IMG/VR virus record: IMGVR_UViG_3300033068_000943
Coordinates: 1-64,000 of that record
Direction: 5' to 3' (one strand)
Length of the DNA stretch: 64,000 bases
Source of the DNA: a virus
Lineage: Duplodnaviria; Caudoviricetes
A program made the translations under genes and the position numbers. Shown here piece by piece: positions 37,063-46,620 of the stretch. Position 1 is the stretch's first letter. Every line of letters begins with the position of its first letter. Under the pieces are notes generated by a model. It was not told where the DNA came from, searched no databases, and was given only the letters and a program-made list of their open reading frames with translations.

Positions 37063-38739
37063 TCAGTCCTTTGGGTTGGTGTACTCGTCAAGAATCGCAC
37101 GCGCACGCGAATCGTCGCTGAGCGTCGCCGGATATGTGCCTCGGCTCGCCGCGCGGGCTGGCGCATTGTGCGGCACCACAGGTCCGCGCGCTCCGCCCAT
37201 GTAAACGAATTGTTTGTCCTCCGGCACATCGAAGTCGTACCACGGCGGTCGATCTTGGCGGTGCCTCGGGAGCATCTTCATTCGACGCTGAACCGTTCGC
37301 GCCTCGACCTCGCCGGCATAGCTGCGATATCGATCAACCGGCGACTGGCGCGACACATCAAGGGCGCGATTGTACCGGCGCAGCACTCGGTTCAGAATAT
37401 CGTCACCTTCCGACAACTCGAATTGGACCGCTTGCGCCGCATCGACGCCGTAAGGGTTCGTTTCGCTTTTGACGCCCAGCCGTTCCTGCCACTTGCGTGT
37501 CGCCTGATCGATGAACGCCTGTTGTTCCGTGTTGCCGCGCGCGGCTTCGGCCATGATGTAGCGTGCTTGATCCGAGTGCGCGTCCTGCATCTGCCGCGAT
37601 TTAACCATAAGCCCGTCTGCGAGCAGTTTGGCATCAGCAATGTCGCCGGCCGCCGCCGCCGGGTTCGTGCCCGTCGCAAATCCTTCGTCCCTCTGTCCCT
37701 TGTGCGCGAGTTCATGCAGCAGCGTGCTTTTGGTCTGAGGGTCGTAGTCCTTAAGCTTGTCGAGCCAGATGTTCTCGGGTCCGCCTCCACGGGTGAAATT
37801 GGGGGCATAGTAGACACCTGCCGTACCCATCTCTTTCACCGGGTCCGGCGTTCCGACGCGAAGCATCATGTCGCCCCAGTCGGGATAGGCCGCGTAAAGG
37901 TCCGGATGATCCAAGAATCGCTTCATCGCCCCCGTCGTGCGGTTGCCCATGAGTTGGATCATGGCATCTAGGCCGGCGCGCTCTCCTTGCAGCTTATGCA
38001 CGGCCGCCATGTCGCCAGCTTGCGCCGCCTTGACGATGTCGTTGCCACGCGATGTCCATTCGGCCAGCAGGTCGCTGGTCTCGCGTCCGGCGTAGGGCTC
38101 GATCGAGCGGATCAGCGCGCTTCGGCCCAGCGTCGGGCTTCGATCATTCTTATACATCAACTCGATGTACGCCTCATGCGGCGTGTAGGGATAGGGGTTG
38201 ACCTTGGCGCGATGATCGCTGATCTCGAACCGCCACTGATCATCCGGAAACTTGCCCCAACCCGTATCCTTCCATATTTGGTCGCGGTCGACGCCTTCCG
38301 CCGCCATCTTCTGCGCTCGCTCCAGCGCGCCGTGATCGGCCGTCTTGGCGCCCCGGCCTCCGAAGATGCCAAGCTCGTTGCGCCCGGCGGCAGGATTGAT
38401 CGCCATGCGCGCGAGGTTGCCCGTGGCCGGCGTCAGCGCCCCGGCCATCAGATGCCCCATGAACTGATCGCGCTGCGCCGCCCCCATCTGCGACACGGGG
38501 AGGCCGGGGCCGACGACGGGCGCCTTGCCAACTTCCTTGGCGACATCGACCACGTCTTGAAGAAGTCCCGGCGTTGCCCATTCGGTTCGGCCATCGGTTG
38601 TCTGCCGGAATGGGAGCAGCGCGCCTCGGTATGCCTCATCCGGGCGCAACCTTGTCGGCTGCCGGTTTGCTGCCGCGTAGTTGGCGCGCGCCTCATCGTC
38701 GTAGTGATCGGAAAGAACGCGGCTGATGTCATCCGCCAT
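37063..38739 (-). CDS. LPD23 + HExxH metallopeptidase-like polyvalent protein
   Basis: IWKDTGWGKFPDDQWRFEISD; HPDLYAAYP; LLHELAHKGQ; AGEVEARTVQRR. Confidence 0.7.
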   Translation of the reverse strand: MADDISRVLSDHYDDEARANYAAANRQPTRLRPDEAYRGALLPFRQTTDGRTEWATPGLLQDVVDVAKEVGKAPVVGPGLPVSQMGAAQRDQFMGHLMAGALTPATGNLARMAINPAAGRNELGIFGGRGAKTADHGALERAQKMAAEGVDRDQIWKDTGWGKFPDDQWRFEISDHRAKVNPYPYTPHEAYIELMYKNDRSPTLGRSALIRSIEPYAGRETSDLLAEWTSRGNDIVKAAQAGDMAAVHKLQGERAGLDAMIQLMGNRTTGAMKRFLDHPDLYAAYPDWGDMMLRVGTPDPVKEMGTAGVYYAPNFTRGGGPENIWLDKLKDYDPQTKSTLLHELAHKGQRDEGFATGTNPAAAAGDIADAKLLADGLMVKSRQMQDAHSDQARYIMAEAARGNTEQQAFIDQATRKWQERLGVKSETNPYGVDAAQAVQFELSEGDDILNRVLRRYNRALDVSRQSPVDRYRSYAGEVEARTVQRRMKMLPRHRQDRPPWYDFDVPEDKQFVYMGGARGPVVPHNAPARAASRGTYPATLSDDSRARAILDEYTNPKD

Positions 38740-40939
38740 TCTCATCTCCATGTTGTCCGGCGGCGGCGCCCGCGCCCATCGCCCCAACGGGGATGCCGTA
38801 TCTTTTTAAGATGTCGACAATGTCCGCATCGAAAACAACGTAGTTCCTCGTCTTGGCCGCCGGGTCGGCGATGCCGCGAGAAACAGCGTCGTCATAGACA
38901 ATGCCTGGAATACCCGCGTCCTTGATGGATGCCGATAAATCGCCCGCGTCGCGCGCGACGCGGGGCTTGACGATATCTTGCACGCTGCGGACCATCGGCG
39001 GTCCTTCGCGCTCCAACCTTAGGGCAGATCGGCGACGTACCGGAGACCCCGATTTGTACGAATCGGCAATCCTAGATTGCCAGTCGTGGCGCAGCTCGGC
39101 GTTTTGCTTGCCTATTATGGGCGCCAACGGCTCTATGAATTGCGGCTGATCCCGCAACGGCTTGTCCCAATCAATGAATCTATCCTTGTCTGCCGCTATG
39201 TTCACTTCGTACACGAACGGGTCTCTTGGCTTCGCCCCGGCGTCCCGAAGCTCTTTAAGCCGAGCAAGCGTTTGCTCAAGAATTTCCTTGTCGCCCCATC
39301 CACCCCCGATCTGAAACTCGGTCAACGGCTCTTCTTGACGAAGAATGTTCGCCAATCTGAATATCGGCTCGGACATGCCGCGTTCATTCGCACCCGCCGC
39401 AAAAATGCGTGCCCGATCTTCTGCTGGCATGCCCGGCCGCAGCCTAGCCACGCCGCCACTTTGATCGTCAACAGGAAGCGGCAGGACCGTCCCATCGTCT
39501 AATTCAAGGTATCGTGGGTCGTGCTGAAAATTCCTGTAGTATTGCCCCCCCTTGCCGCTCACTGCTGGGCTCTCCGCAAAGTATGCCCCGTCTCCATACG
39601 CCTGCGCGCCTTCCCCGGTCTTCCGCTTGGACAGGTCAAACTTGTCGAACTTGTGTGGAGACACGTGGAACGCCTTGATGCCGGGTCGAACACCAAACGG
39701 CAACGACATTGCCATCGAAAGCGCGCCGTAGCCGATTTTTTCAGGGTCGCCGAAGCCAACGCCCTGCGAGGCCATGCTGTAGCCTTGCGTGAATTGGGCG
39801 GGCAGATTCAGCGGGTTTTCAGGACCGACAAGATGCTTCACGGATGCGAAGTCGCGCGCGTTCGCGTTCGGCCCGTAGGCAACGTCCGTCAACTTCGATG
39901 CAACGTCGTCGTACCATGGGAAGTCGTATGGCTTCGCCTCGGGGAGAGGAGGACGCGAATCGTAAGGCGAGCGCGCGTTCATGTCGGAGCGCCAGTCGGC
40001 AACAGCGCCACCTTCGGCAAATCCGTCGTCAATGTTGTCCCACATGGCACTCATGCGTTTTGCCTTCTCGTCAAGCGCATGAAACTGAGCTTGCTCTCCC
40101 GGGGGCGCTTTCGCTAGATTGCCGCCGTACTTGTTGACGATGGCCCTTTGCTGGTCTCTGATGGCTATTACATCGTAGATAGAGCGCATCTCCAATGCAC
40201 CGTCGCCAACCTTTGCCAGATTGCTCGGAGGACGAGACGCCTCGTCAACACGGGACAGCATACGCGAGAGCGTTTCATCGCGGTCTGGTCTGGCGCCGGG
40301 CCTTGCGCCGCCACCATTGATCACGTCGAACGGACGATGAAAGCTCTGACGGTCGTTAATGTTTGCAGGAACTCCGCGGTCAAACCCTGCGCGCAACCCG
40401 CCAACTTCCATGCTGAGACGGTCGCGCTCGTTGGCTAAAACGCCAAGCCGCGGGTTCACCATGGCAGACGTGCGCGCCCGCAGAATTGCCGGCAGATCAT
40501 CCGGATACATGGCTTCGAGAGATGCTGCCCGTTGGCCCTGCGTTAGCGGCGGCAAAAACGCCCGCGCCGCGCCCCCTCCAAACCGGGCCAGCGCGTTCAG
40601 AATGGCGGCATTACCAGCCGCTTCACTGGGCTTTCCTTCGTGCAAAGGACGCCCCACCGATGCCGCCGCATCAACGAACCCAACCGGAGGCAGCCACGGG
40701 GCTGCGCTGCCGATCTTGTTTCCGTAGTGCATGGCATCGCGTGGCGATGCGCCGAGCGCTGCAAGTGCGTCATGCGCCATGGGACCGATATTGTCGGATG
40801 GATAGCGGGGAGCGGTTGCCCGTGCTTCCGGTAGCGACCCTCGCAAGTCGCCCGGCGCCGGAGCGTTCATGTCCGAACGCCAGCGCCAATCTTCACTCGA
40901 CCCGTACTTGTTGAGGATTTTATCAAGATCGTCAGCCAT
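38729..40939 (-). CDS. Polyvalent protein with C-terminal ADP-ribosyltransferase-like domain
   Basis: AFHVSPHKFDKFD..TGEGAQAYGDGAYFAE..YEVNI..GIPGIVYDD..RNYVVFD. Confidence 0.65.
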   Translation of the reverse strand: MADDLDKILNKYGSSEDWRWRSDMNAPAPGDLRGSLPEARATAPRYPSDNIGPMAHDALAALGASPRDAMHYGNKIGSAAPWLPPVGFVDAAASVGRPLHEGKPSEAAGNAAILNALARFGGGAARAFLPPLTQGQRAASLEAMYPDDLPAILRARTSAMVNPRLGVLANERDRLSMEVGGLRAGFDRGVPANINDRQSFHRPFDVINGGGARPGARPDRDETLSRMLSRVDEASRPPSNLAKVGDGALEMRSIYDVIAIRDQQRAIVNKYGGNLAKAPPGEQAQFHALDEKAKRMSAMWDNIDDGFAEGGAVADWRSDMNARSPYDSRPPLPEAKPYDFPWYDDVASKLTDVAYGPNANARDFASVKHLVGPENPLNLPAQFTQGYSMASQGVGFGDPEKIGYGALSMAMSLPFGVRPGIKAFHVSPHKFDKFDLSKRKTGEGAQAYGDGAYFAESPAVSGKGGQYYRNFQHDPRYLELDDGTVLPLPVDDQSGGVARLRPGMPAEDRARIFAAGANERGMSEPIFRLANILRQEEPLTEFQIGGGWGDKEILEQTLARLKELRDAGAKPRDPFVYEVNIAADKDRFIDWDKPLRDQPQFIEPLAPIIGKQNAELRHDWQSRIADSYKSGSPVRRRSALRLEREGPPMVRSVQDIVKPRVARDAGDLSASIKDAGIPGIVYDDAVSRGIADPAAKTRNYVVFDADIVDILKRYGIPVGAMGAGAAAGQHGDENGG

Positions 40940-40948
40940 GCCACCCCC

Positions 40949-43438
40949 TCACTGCACATAGCCGCCTTGGTCGCGTCGCTCTTGCAGAGCCCGCGCGATC
41001 TCAAGGGCCAACCGGACGCTCCAATCCGACACCGCTTCCGGCTGCGGCATCTCGCCGACGACACCTCCCGCCGCAAGCCCCCCGCCGTTGGATTTCGCCG
41101 GACTCAAAAACGGCGCCATCTGTTCGATTTGCTGGTCAACAAGCGGATCACTCAGCGGATGCACCGCCGTCGCTTGCGCCACCTTCAGCGCTTCAACCGA
41201 CAGCTTGTTCTCCCGCTCCGCTTGAGCGTTGTGCATCTTGAAGTGTTGTTCCTGCTCCTTGATGTCCAAGCCGCGATGCTTGATCTGCAATTCAGCGACC
41301 GCCATCGGGTCGACTTGATCTGGCATCTCCGGGTCGCCCGGCTTGTTGTCCGCCGCGTGCTTGGCCGCAATCCGAAGGCTTTCGATGCTCTCCTTGCTCT
41401 GCCGGTCCTTTTCGGCATTCTGCGCCTGCATCGCGACCTGCTGCTCTTTGATGCCAATTTCCTTGGCCTTGAGCATGAGTGTCGCTTGCGTGATCGGATC
41501 GATTTGCGGCGGCCCCATCTGGGGAGGCGCCAGCAGGGATTGAAAGTCTGCGTCCGACATTTTGAAGACCTGCTTCACGACATGCCGGTCCACCTTGCTC
41601 ATGTCATACATCGGGTTGCCCATCGCCATCTGCCGCAATCCCATCGCCATCAGGTTGCGGTGCATGTCGGACGGGACGTTGGGATCGGCGCACGGAACGA
41701 TGTCGCAGTCATCGAGCGCACGCTTGAACTTATCCAGACGGGCTTGGCGCGCGGCATCGTCGGCCGCATTCCCCATCGCCGGGCGGCGGTTGCCGCGCCA
41801 CAGCGCCTCGGGGTCTTCCCGGAACAGTTCGACAAGCAACCGAAATTCTTCGGACTGCGCCGCGTGCAACGCCTTATGCACGGAGCCTTCGATCTTGGTC
41901 GCTTGCTCGATCAGGGCGAGCGTGGTGCCAACGGGCGCGTCCTGCTTACCTTCACCAACCGGCATGTCGGCCGTGCCACCAAGGCGCTGCGCCACCGCCC
42001 GCGTCTGCTCCATGAGCTGAATCACAGCGGGGCTCACGTCCTTGAACGGCATGCCCATCACGACTTGCTGGATCGGCATGCCGTCCGTATCGATCTCGGC
42101 TACACCACCCGGGGGCACCATGATCTCGTTGCTCATCTGGCGCCCGGTGCCCTTGGCCTTGAGCAACCCCGGGTAGTTGGCCATCATGCCGCCGTCGATC
42201 GAGATGCGCATCAGCGCCGTCAGCGCCGACGCCATGTTGCCGAGCATCTGGCCGAGCCCGGACCCATAAATGCGGCTGACCCCCGTCGAGTAGGGATAGA
42301 GCACGAACGGGATCATGGGCGGGCGGTAAATCTCGTCGTCGTCCTCGATCCGCCAGTTGCGGCGGACCTCAAGAACCTGCCGCGTCGACTCCTCGATCGT
42401 CACCCGATAGGGCAGCGGCAGCCCCGAAACCTTCCCGTCAGCTTTGTGCTCAAACCCCTTGATATCCAACTTACAATAGCACTCGTAGACAGTGAATTCC
42501 TGATCCTCGATGCGCTGCGATTGCGGCGCCTTGCCATCGACGGATGCCAGCTTCTCCTTGAGCGGGCCAAGCACGCTTTGTATCGGCTCACCGAGCATGA
42601 CGTCACGATAGACGCCTTCGAGCTGCATCGCGCGCAGAATGTCCTTAGGCATCGACACTTGGTGCGTCACGCGGGGTGCGTTCTTGAGATCGGTTGCCGA
42701 CGCCGGCACGATCAAATCGGTGCCATCCACGAATTCTGAGACGGGCCGCTGGCGCAGCGGACAGCGGTAGACCTTCTTGAACGTCCCCGATGCGAGCCCG
42801 GTCCAGAACAGCATGTAGCGCGTGTCGGGATAGTATTCTGATGCCGTCGTTGTCAGGTAGTAGTTCAGGTCTTTTTCGAGCGCTTCGGCAAGCTCGTTCG
42901 ATCCCGTCTTGTTGTCGGCGTAGTTGACCACCTTGACCGGCCCCGACGCCGGACACAACTCGGCATAAGCGGTCGCTCGGAACCGCTCGACCGCCTCCAG
43001 AAGGATTGGATCACGAACCACGGACGTTGAAACGCCAATGGCCGAGCGGGACACGTCCGACTTCGGGTCATCGAGCTTCATGCCAAGCAGCTCGACCGCC
43101 TTGGCGCGCATGGTCTCCCATTGCGAGCGGTCTTGCTTGTCCGCGTCGATCGCCACCAGAAGCTCTTCCGCGATGCGCGACAATTCCAGCAGATCGATCT
43201 TGCCGGCAAGGTTGTCGAAGTGATCGCCGCTCTCGTCTTCGCTCGCGTCGGCCCGCAACGTGGCGCCGGTCGGGTCAATCAGGATGGAACCGTCGTCGTT
43301 GGTGATTTCAACGGCCCCGGTTTCCGGATTGATCGTGATGTTATCGTTATCCGGCTCCGGTTCTGCCGGAATCTCGATCAGGCCAGGATCGGCATCGAGT
43401 GCCCCCGCCGCTTGAGATGTCGCCTTGCGCTTTGCCAT
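40949..43438 (-). CDS. Portal protein
   Basis: HFDNLA..DKQDRSQWE..GTFKKVY..RVTH..LPYRVTI..APVGTTLALIEQ..HKALHAAQ; follows TerL. Confidence 0.85.
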   Translation of the reverse strand: MAKRKATSQAAGALDADPGLIEIPAEPEPDNDNITINPETGAVEITNDDGSILIDPTGATLRADASEDESGDHFDNLAGKIDLLELSRIAEELLVAIDADKQDRSQWETMRAKAVELLGMKLDDPKSDVSRSAIGVSTSVVRDPILLEAVERFRATAYAELCPASGPVKVVNYADNKTGSNELAEALEKDLNYYLTTTASEYYPDTRYMLFWTGLASGTFKKVYRCPLRQRPVSEFVDGTDLIVPASATDLKNAPRVTHQVSMPKDILRAMQLEGVYRDVMLGEPIQSVLGPLKEKLASVDGKAPQSQRIEDQEFTVYECYCKLDIKGFEHKADGKVSGLPLPYRVTIEESTRQVLEVRRNWRIEDDDEIYRPPMIPFVLYPYSTGVSRIYGSGLGQMLGNMASALTALMRISIDGGMMANYPGLLKAKGTGRQMSNEIMVPPGGVAEIDTDGMPIQQVVMGMPFKDVSPAVIQLMEQTRAVAQRLGGTADMPVGEGKQDAPVGTTLALIEQATKIEGSVHKALHAAQSEEFRLLVELFREDPEALWRGNRRPAMGNAADDAARQARLDKFKRALDDCDIVPCADPNVPSDMHRNLMAMGLRQMAMGNPMYDMSKVDRHVVKQVFKMSDADFQSLLAPPQMGPPQIDPITQATLMLKAKEIGIKEQQVAMQAQNAEKDRQSKESIESLRIAAKHAADNKPGDPEMPDQVDPMAVAELQIKHRGLDIKEQEQHFKMHNAQAERENKLSVEALKVAQATAVHPLSDPLVDQQIEQMAPFLSPAKSNGGGLAAGGVVGEMPQPEAVSDWSVRLALEIARALQERRDQGGYVQ

Positions 43439-43647
43439 GATATGCCCGGTCGGAGTGGCGCGAATGATTGAACGCGGCACATTCAACGCGGAAAGGTGGC
43501 GGCTCCGCCATCAGCAACGGAGCCGCCACGAGTGACCGCCGGGCTTGGTGCGTGCGGAAGCCCAACGATCCAACGGCACGCCCGGGCAGCGATACCGTCC
43601 CCTTGCACTGCAGGAAAAATCAAGCCCGATTCGCAGGGCGCACGCAA

Positions 43648-43902
43648 TCAATTCGCGCGCGGCTCCTCCCCGGCCGCGCCATTCTCGGCATGCCGCGCAA
43701 CGGCGGCCTGGACGCTCTGGAGAGCGTCAAGAAGCGTGAAGGCGTGCGCCAGATGCCGGCGCGCGAGCGCGGCATCGATCGCCATGGCTGGCGCGTTCTG
43801 AATGTGCACCACCAGCTCCATCAGATTGCGGTGGATGGCGCCCGCGACGTCGGATGGCGTCGGTACGTAGGGCATGGAGTCGTCTTGGGGTTCGGCTGTC
43901 AT
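43648..43902 (-). CDS. Hypothetical protein
   Basis: AGGA SD; 84-aa helical ORF between TerL and portal. Confidence 0.45.
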   Translation of the reverse strand: MTAEPQDDSMPYVPTPSDVAGAIHRNLMELVVHIQNAPAMAIDAALARRHLAHAFTLLDALQSVQAAVARHAENGAAGEEPRAN

Positions 43903-44070
43903 TCGGGAGCATCCTGCTCAACGCGCACGGATGCCGATGGCAATTAGCCGATTTGGTGCTGGAGTGCACGGCTTTACGGGAGTTCCGCGCTCCACCGTAG
44001 TCGGCTGCGTGGCAACAACCGCACGGTGGAGCGCGGGGCGGCGCCGCAAGGTCTCGCGTGCCCAAGAGCC

Positions 44071-45801
44071 TTATACTGGATACAGCGGATCGCGTCGAGC
44101 GCCCTTGTGCTGCTGCCGGTCGCGCTCGGCCGCCGCCGCATCCTCTTTTCGGATGGCAAGCCCTCGATCTCGCAGGAATTTCAACGCCATCGTGATGCTG
44201 TCCACGATGTCGTCGTGCGCCGCCCTTGGAAACGACGACATGACGCGCATCGCGTCGTCTGCGTAATCCAAGAATTGCACGTTACCGTCGTCAGTTACCT
44301 CGGCCGGCGCGTAGATCATGCCATCCGTAAACAGGTCGACCACCGCATGCGCTCGCGCCCACTTGTCGCCTCTGATGTCGATCGCCTGGACGCCGTAGTC
44401 GCGTCCGGCGAATAACCTCTTGAGCGTCCGAATGACGTCCGGCGCGCGCGTCTTGTTCTCGACGATTAGTTGGTTGACCCGGCGGCGCTGACACGAGTAG
44501 TGCACCCACTCGACGAGTCCCCACCTCTCCTTGGCGCGGCGCTGGTAGACCGCTTCGCTCTCGCCGGGCCGCTTTTCGATCTCCCCTGACGACAGTTCAG
44601 CGAGGCGTTTTTGCCAAGCGTCGACGAGCAAGATGCGCCGCTGCTTGCTGTGCGGATCTTCGTACACCACCCAGATCGTGAGCGCCGAATAGTCGTTTTC
44701 CTCTTTTTCGCTGAAGGCCGTATCGAGCGATGCCAGCACGTAGATCGGCTTGACCTCCGGGCGGAACCGGATTGCCCCGCCGGCCCGCTCGATCTCATGC
44801 ACCTGCCACCAGTCGTCCTTGAAGATGCCGCCGCCGCGCGGCGTCGGGTTCTGCTGATACTGACCCGCCCACAGATATTGATACGCCCGGAAGGACGCGA
44901 GGGCTTGTGGGCTGAACCGCTCCGGCCACGCCAACTCGCCATCGAACTCGCGCGGATCAAGCCCTCCGTTCCATCCCGTATAGTGCGAGAAGTGCCTATT
45001 CGATTCGAACTCCATCGGGATCACGAGGTGGCAATACTCGTTGCCCAGATGCTTGGCCACAACGCCCGATGTGTCGTCCTCATGGACGCGCTGCATGATG
45101 ATGACGATGGCGTCCCGCTCGATATCGTTGAGGCGGTTCTGCATGCCTTCGCGCACCCAGTTGGTGACGCTCGCACGGGCTTCGGCGCTTTCCTGCGTCC
45201 CCTTGATCTTGTGCGGATCATCGAGAATGACGCGATGGCCGCGCTCGCCCGTGCCGACGCCTCCGAACGAGGTTGCGAACTTGTATCCGGTCTTGTTGTT
45301 GGTGACGCGGATCTTGCCGTCCCCGACGACATCGAAAACGTGCCCCCATAGCGCCCGATAATCCGCCGATGTAATCAGGTCGCGGAATTTGGCGTTGTCG
45401 CGCTGCGTGAGTTCCGGGGAGTAGGAGAATGTCACCGTGCGCAGATGTGGCATACCGCGCGGCCCCCACTCCCACGCCGGCCAAAAGACGTTTGTGGTCA
45501 GCGACTTCATGAATCCAGGCGGAACATTGGCAAGCAATCTGTTTAGCCGCTTTTTTCGCCCGTTTATCTCGACAGCATCGTCATTCGTGATCGCCTCAAG
45601 ATGCGCGCACAGACATGCGAGCGGCCACCCCTCGACGAATGGGTCAACAGGCTCAAGGACGTGCCAGAAATACCGGATGAACGCCATCAGGCCGCCGCGC
45701 GGCTCGGACTGGCGACGCCGCTCGGCTCGCATGGCGCGCTCACGCAGTGCGCGCGCCAGCGCAACGCGGCTTTCGCGGTCGACAACCTCGTCGTCGCTCA
45801 T
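44071..45801 (-). CDS. Terminase large subunit
   Basis: NVPPGFMKS (Walker A variant); GERGHRVILDDPH; IMQRVHEDD; GQYQQNP; SLDTA; FPRAAHDDIVDS nuclease motif. Confidence 0.95.
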   Translation of the reverse strand: MSDDEVVDRESRVALARALRERAMRAERRRQSEPRGGLMAFIRYFWHVLEPVDPFVEGWPLACLCAHLEAITNDDAVEINGRKKRLNRLLANVPPGFMKSLTTNVFWPAWEWGPRGMPHLRTVTFSYSPELTQRDNAKFRDLITSADYRALWGHVFDVVGDGKIRVTNNKTGYKFATSFGGVGTGERGHRVILDDPHKIKGTQESAEARASVTNWVREGMQNRLNDIERDAIVIIMQRVHEDDTSGVVAKHLGNEYCHLVIPMEFESNRHFSHYTGWNGGLDPREFDGELAWPERFSPQALASFRAYQYLWAGQYQQNPTPRGGGIFKDDWWQVHEIERAGGAIRFRPEVKPIYVLASLDTAFSEKEENDYSALTIWVVYEDPHSKQRRILLVDAWQKRLAELSSGEIEKRPGESEAVYQRRAKERWGLVEWVHYSCQRRRVNQLIVENKTRAPDVIRTLKRLFAGRDYGVQAIDIRGDKWARAHAVVDLFTDGMIYAPAEVTDDGNVQFLDYADDAMRVMSSFPRAAHDDIVDSITMALKFLRDRGLAIRKEDAAAAERDRQQHKGARRDPLYPV

Positions 45802-46004
45802 TCCGCGCCCGGCTTATGCGTCCAGTTTGAGCACACCGTCAGGTCAGACGTGTGAATGGCCTGCGTGCCGGGCGGAATGACGGGGTCGGCGCAAACGCCG
45901 AACGCCGCGACATTATCCTCCACGACGTTGGCAAGCCGCCGCCAATTCGCGCACGTTTCGCAGCGCCGCGACCATACGTTTCCGGAAAAGCTAGGATTTG
46001 CCAT
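45798..46004 (-). CDS. Small Cys-containing protein
   Basis: CETCANW..GVC..CSNW; coupled to TerL. Confidence 0.5.
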   Translation of the reverse strand: MANPSFSGNVWSRRCETCANWRRLANVVEDNVAAFGVCADPVIPPGTQAIHTSDLTVCSNWTHKPGAE

Positions 46005-46129
46005 CGTCGTCCCGAGCGGCCAGTCGTTGCAAGACGATGGAGATCAGGCGCAGCCGATCGCCCATCGAAAGGGGACGCAACGCCACCCAAAGAACTCGCG
46101 CGATCTCGCGCTCTTGATCGGTCAGATCG

Positions 46130-46378
46130 TCATGATCCGCGCGCACGCCCGTCCAGCGCCTCAATCAGTGCCGCGTCGATGGATGCGGCCAGAATACGCA
46201 GATGATCGGTTGTGTGGATCACGCGGGCATTGACCCATGCACCGAGCCAGTCACGCACGATGCGCTCGCCTACGGTCATCTCCGGCGCAACGCCACAATC
46301 GCATGGCGCCGCGGGATAAGCCGGCGGCCCATGCAGGGCGCAATCGGAAGCGTGGAAGTCAGTCTTTGGCGCGGTCAT
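46130..46378 (-). CDS. Hypothetical protein
   Basis: HASDCALHGPPAYPAAPCDCG motif common in small phage ORFs. Confidence 0.55.
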   Translation of the reverse strand: MTAPKTDFHASDCALHGPPAYPAAPCDCGVAPEMTVGERIVRDWLGAWVNARVIHTTDHLRILAASIDAALIEALDGRARGS

Positions 46379-46613
46379 CAAGCGTTCCATCCTCGTAGCG
46401 CTGTTCGAGGCGCCGAAGGCGGCGATGATTGTTGATCCGCGCGGCTCGATCCTCACGCTCCAAAGCCGCCTGCCGGCGGCGGGCGATTTCGCGCGGATGG
46501 TTCTTCATGCCGCGCTTGATCGTCTCGTCGAGCCGGCGAATGTCGGCGCGCTTCAGAGGGCTCACCTCTTGTCGCGCCAGCACCGCCAGCAATTCAGGGG
46601 ATGGCTTTGCCAT
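46359..46613 (-). CDS. Hypothetical basic protein
   Basis: Starts 7 nt after the TerS stop. Confidence 0.45.
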   Translation of the reverse strand: MAKPSPELLAVLARQEVSPLKRADIRRLDETIKRGMKNHPREIARRRQAALEREDRAARINNHRRLRRLEQRYEDGTLDDRAKD

Positions 46614-46620
46614 GGGCGAA

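Noticed and set aside
40967-42739. Long + strand ORFs (e.g. 590 aa here, 522 aa at 31862-33430, 393 aa at 4792-5973, 376 aa at 50290-51420)
   Set aside because: Antisense shadows of high-GC genes; Arg/His-rich with no motifs or SD.
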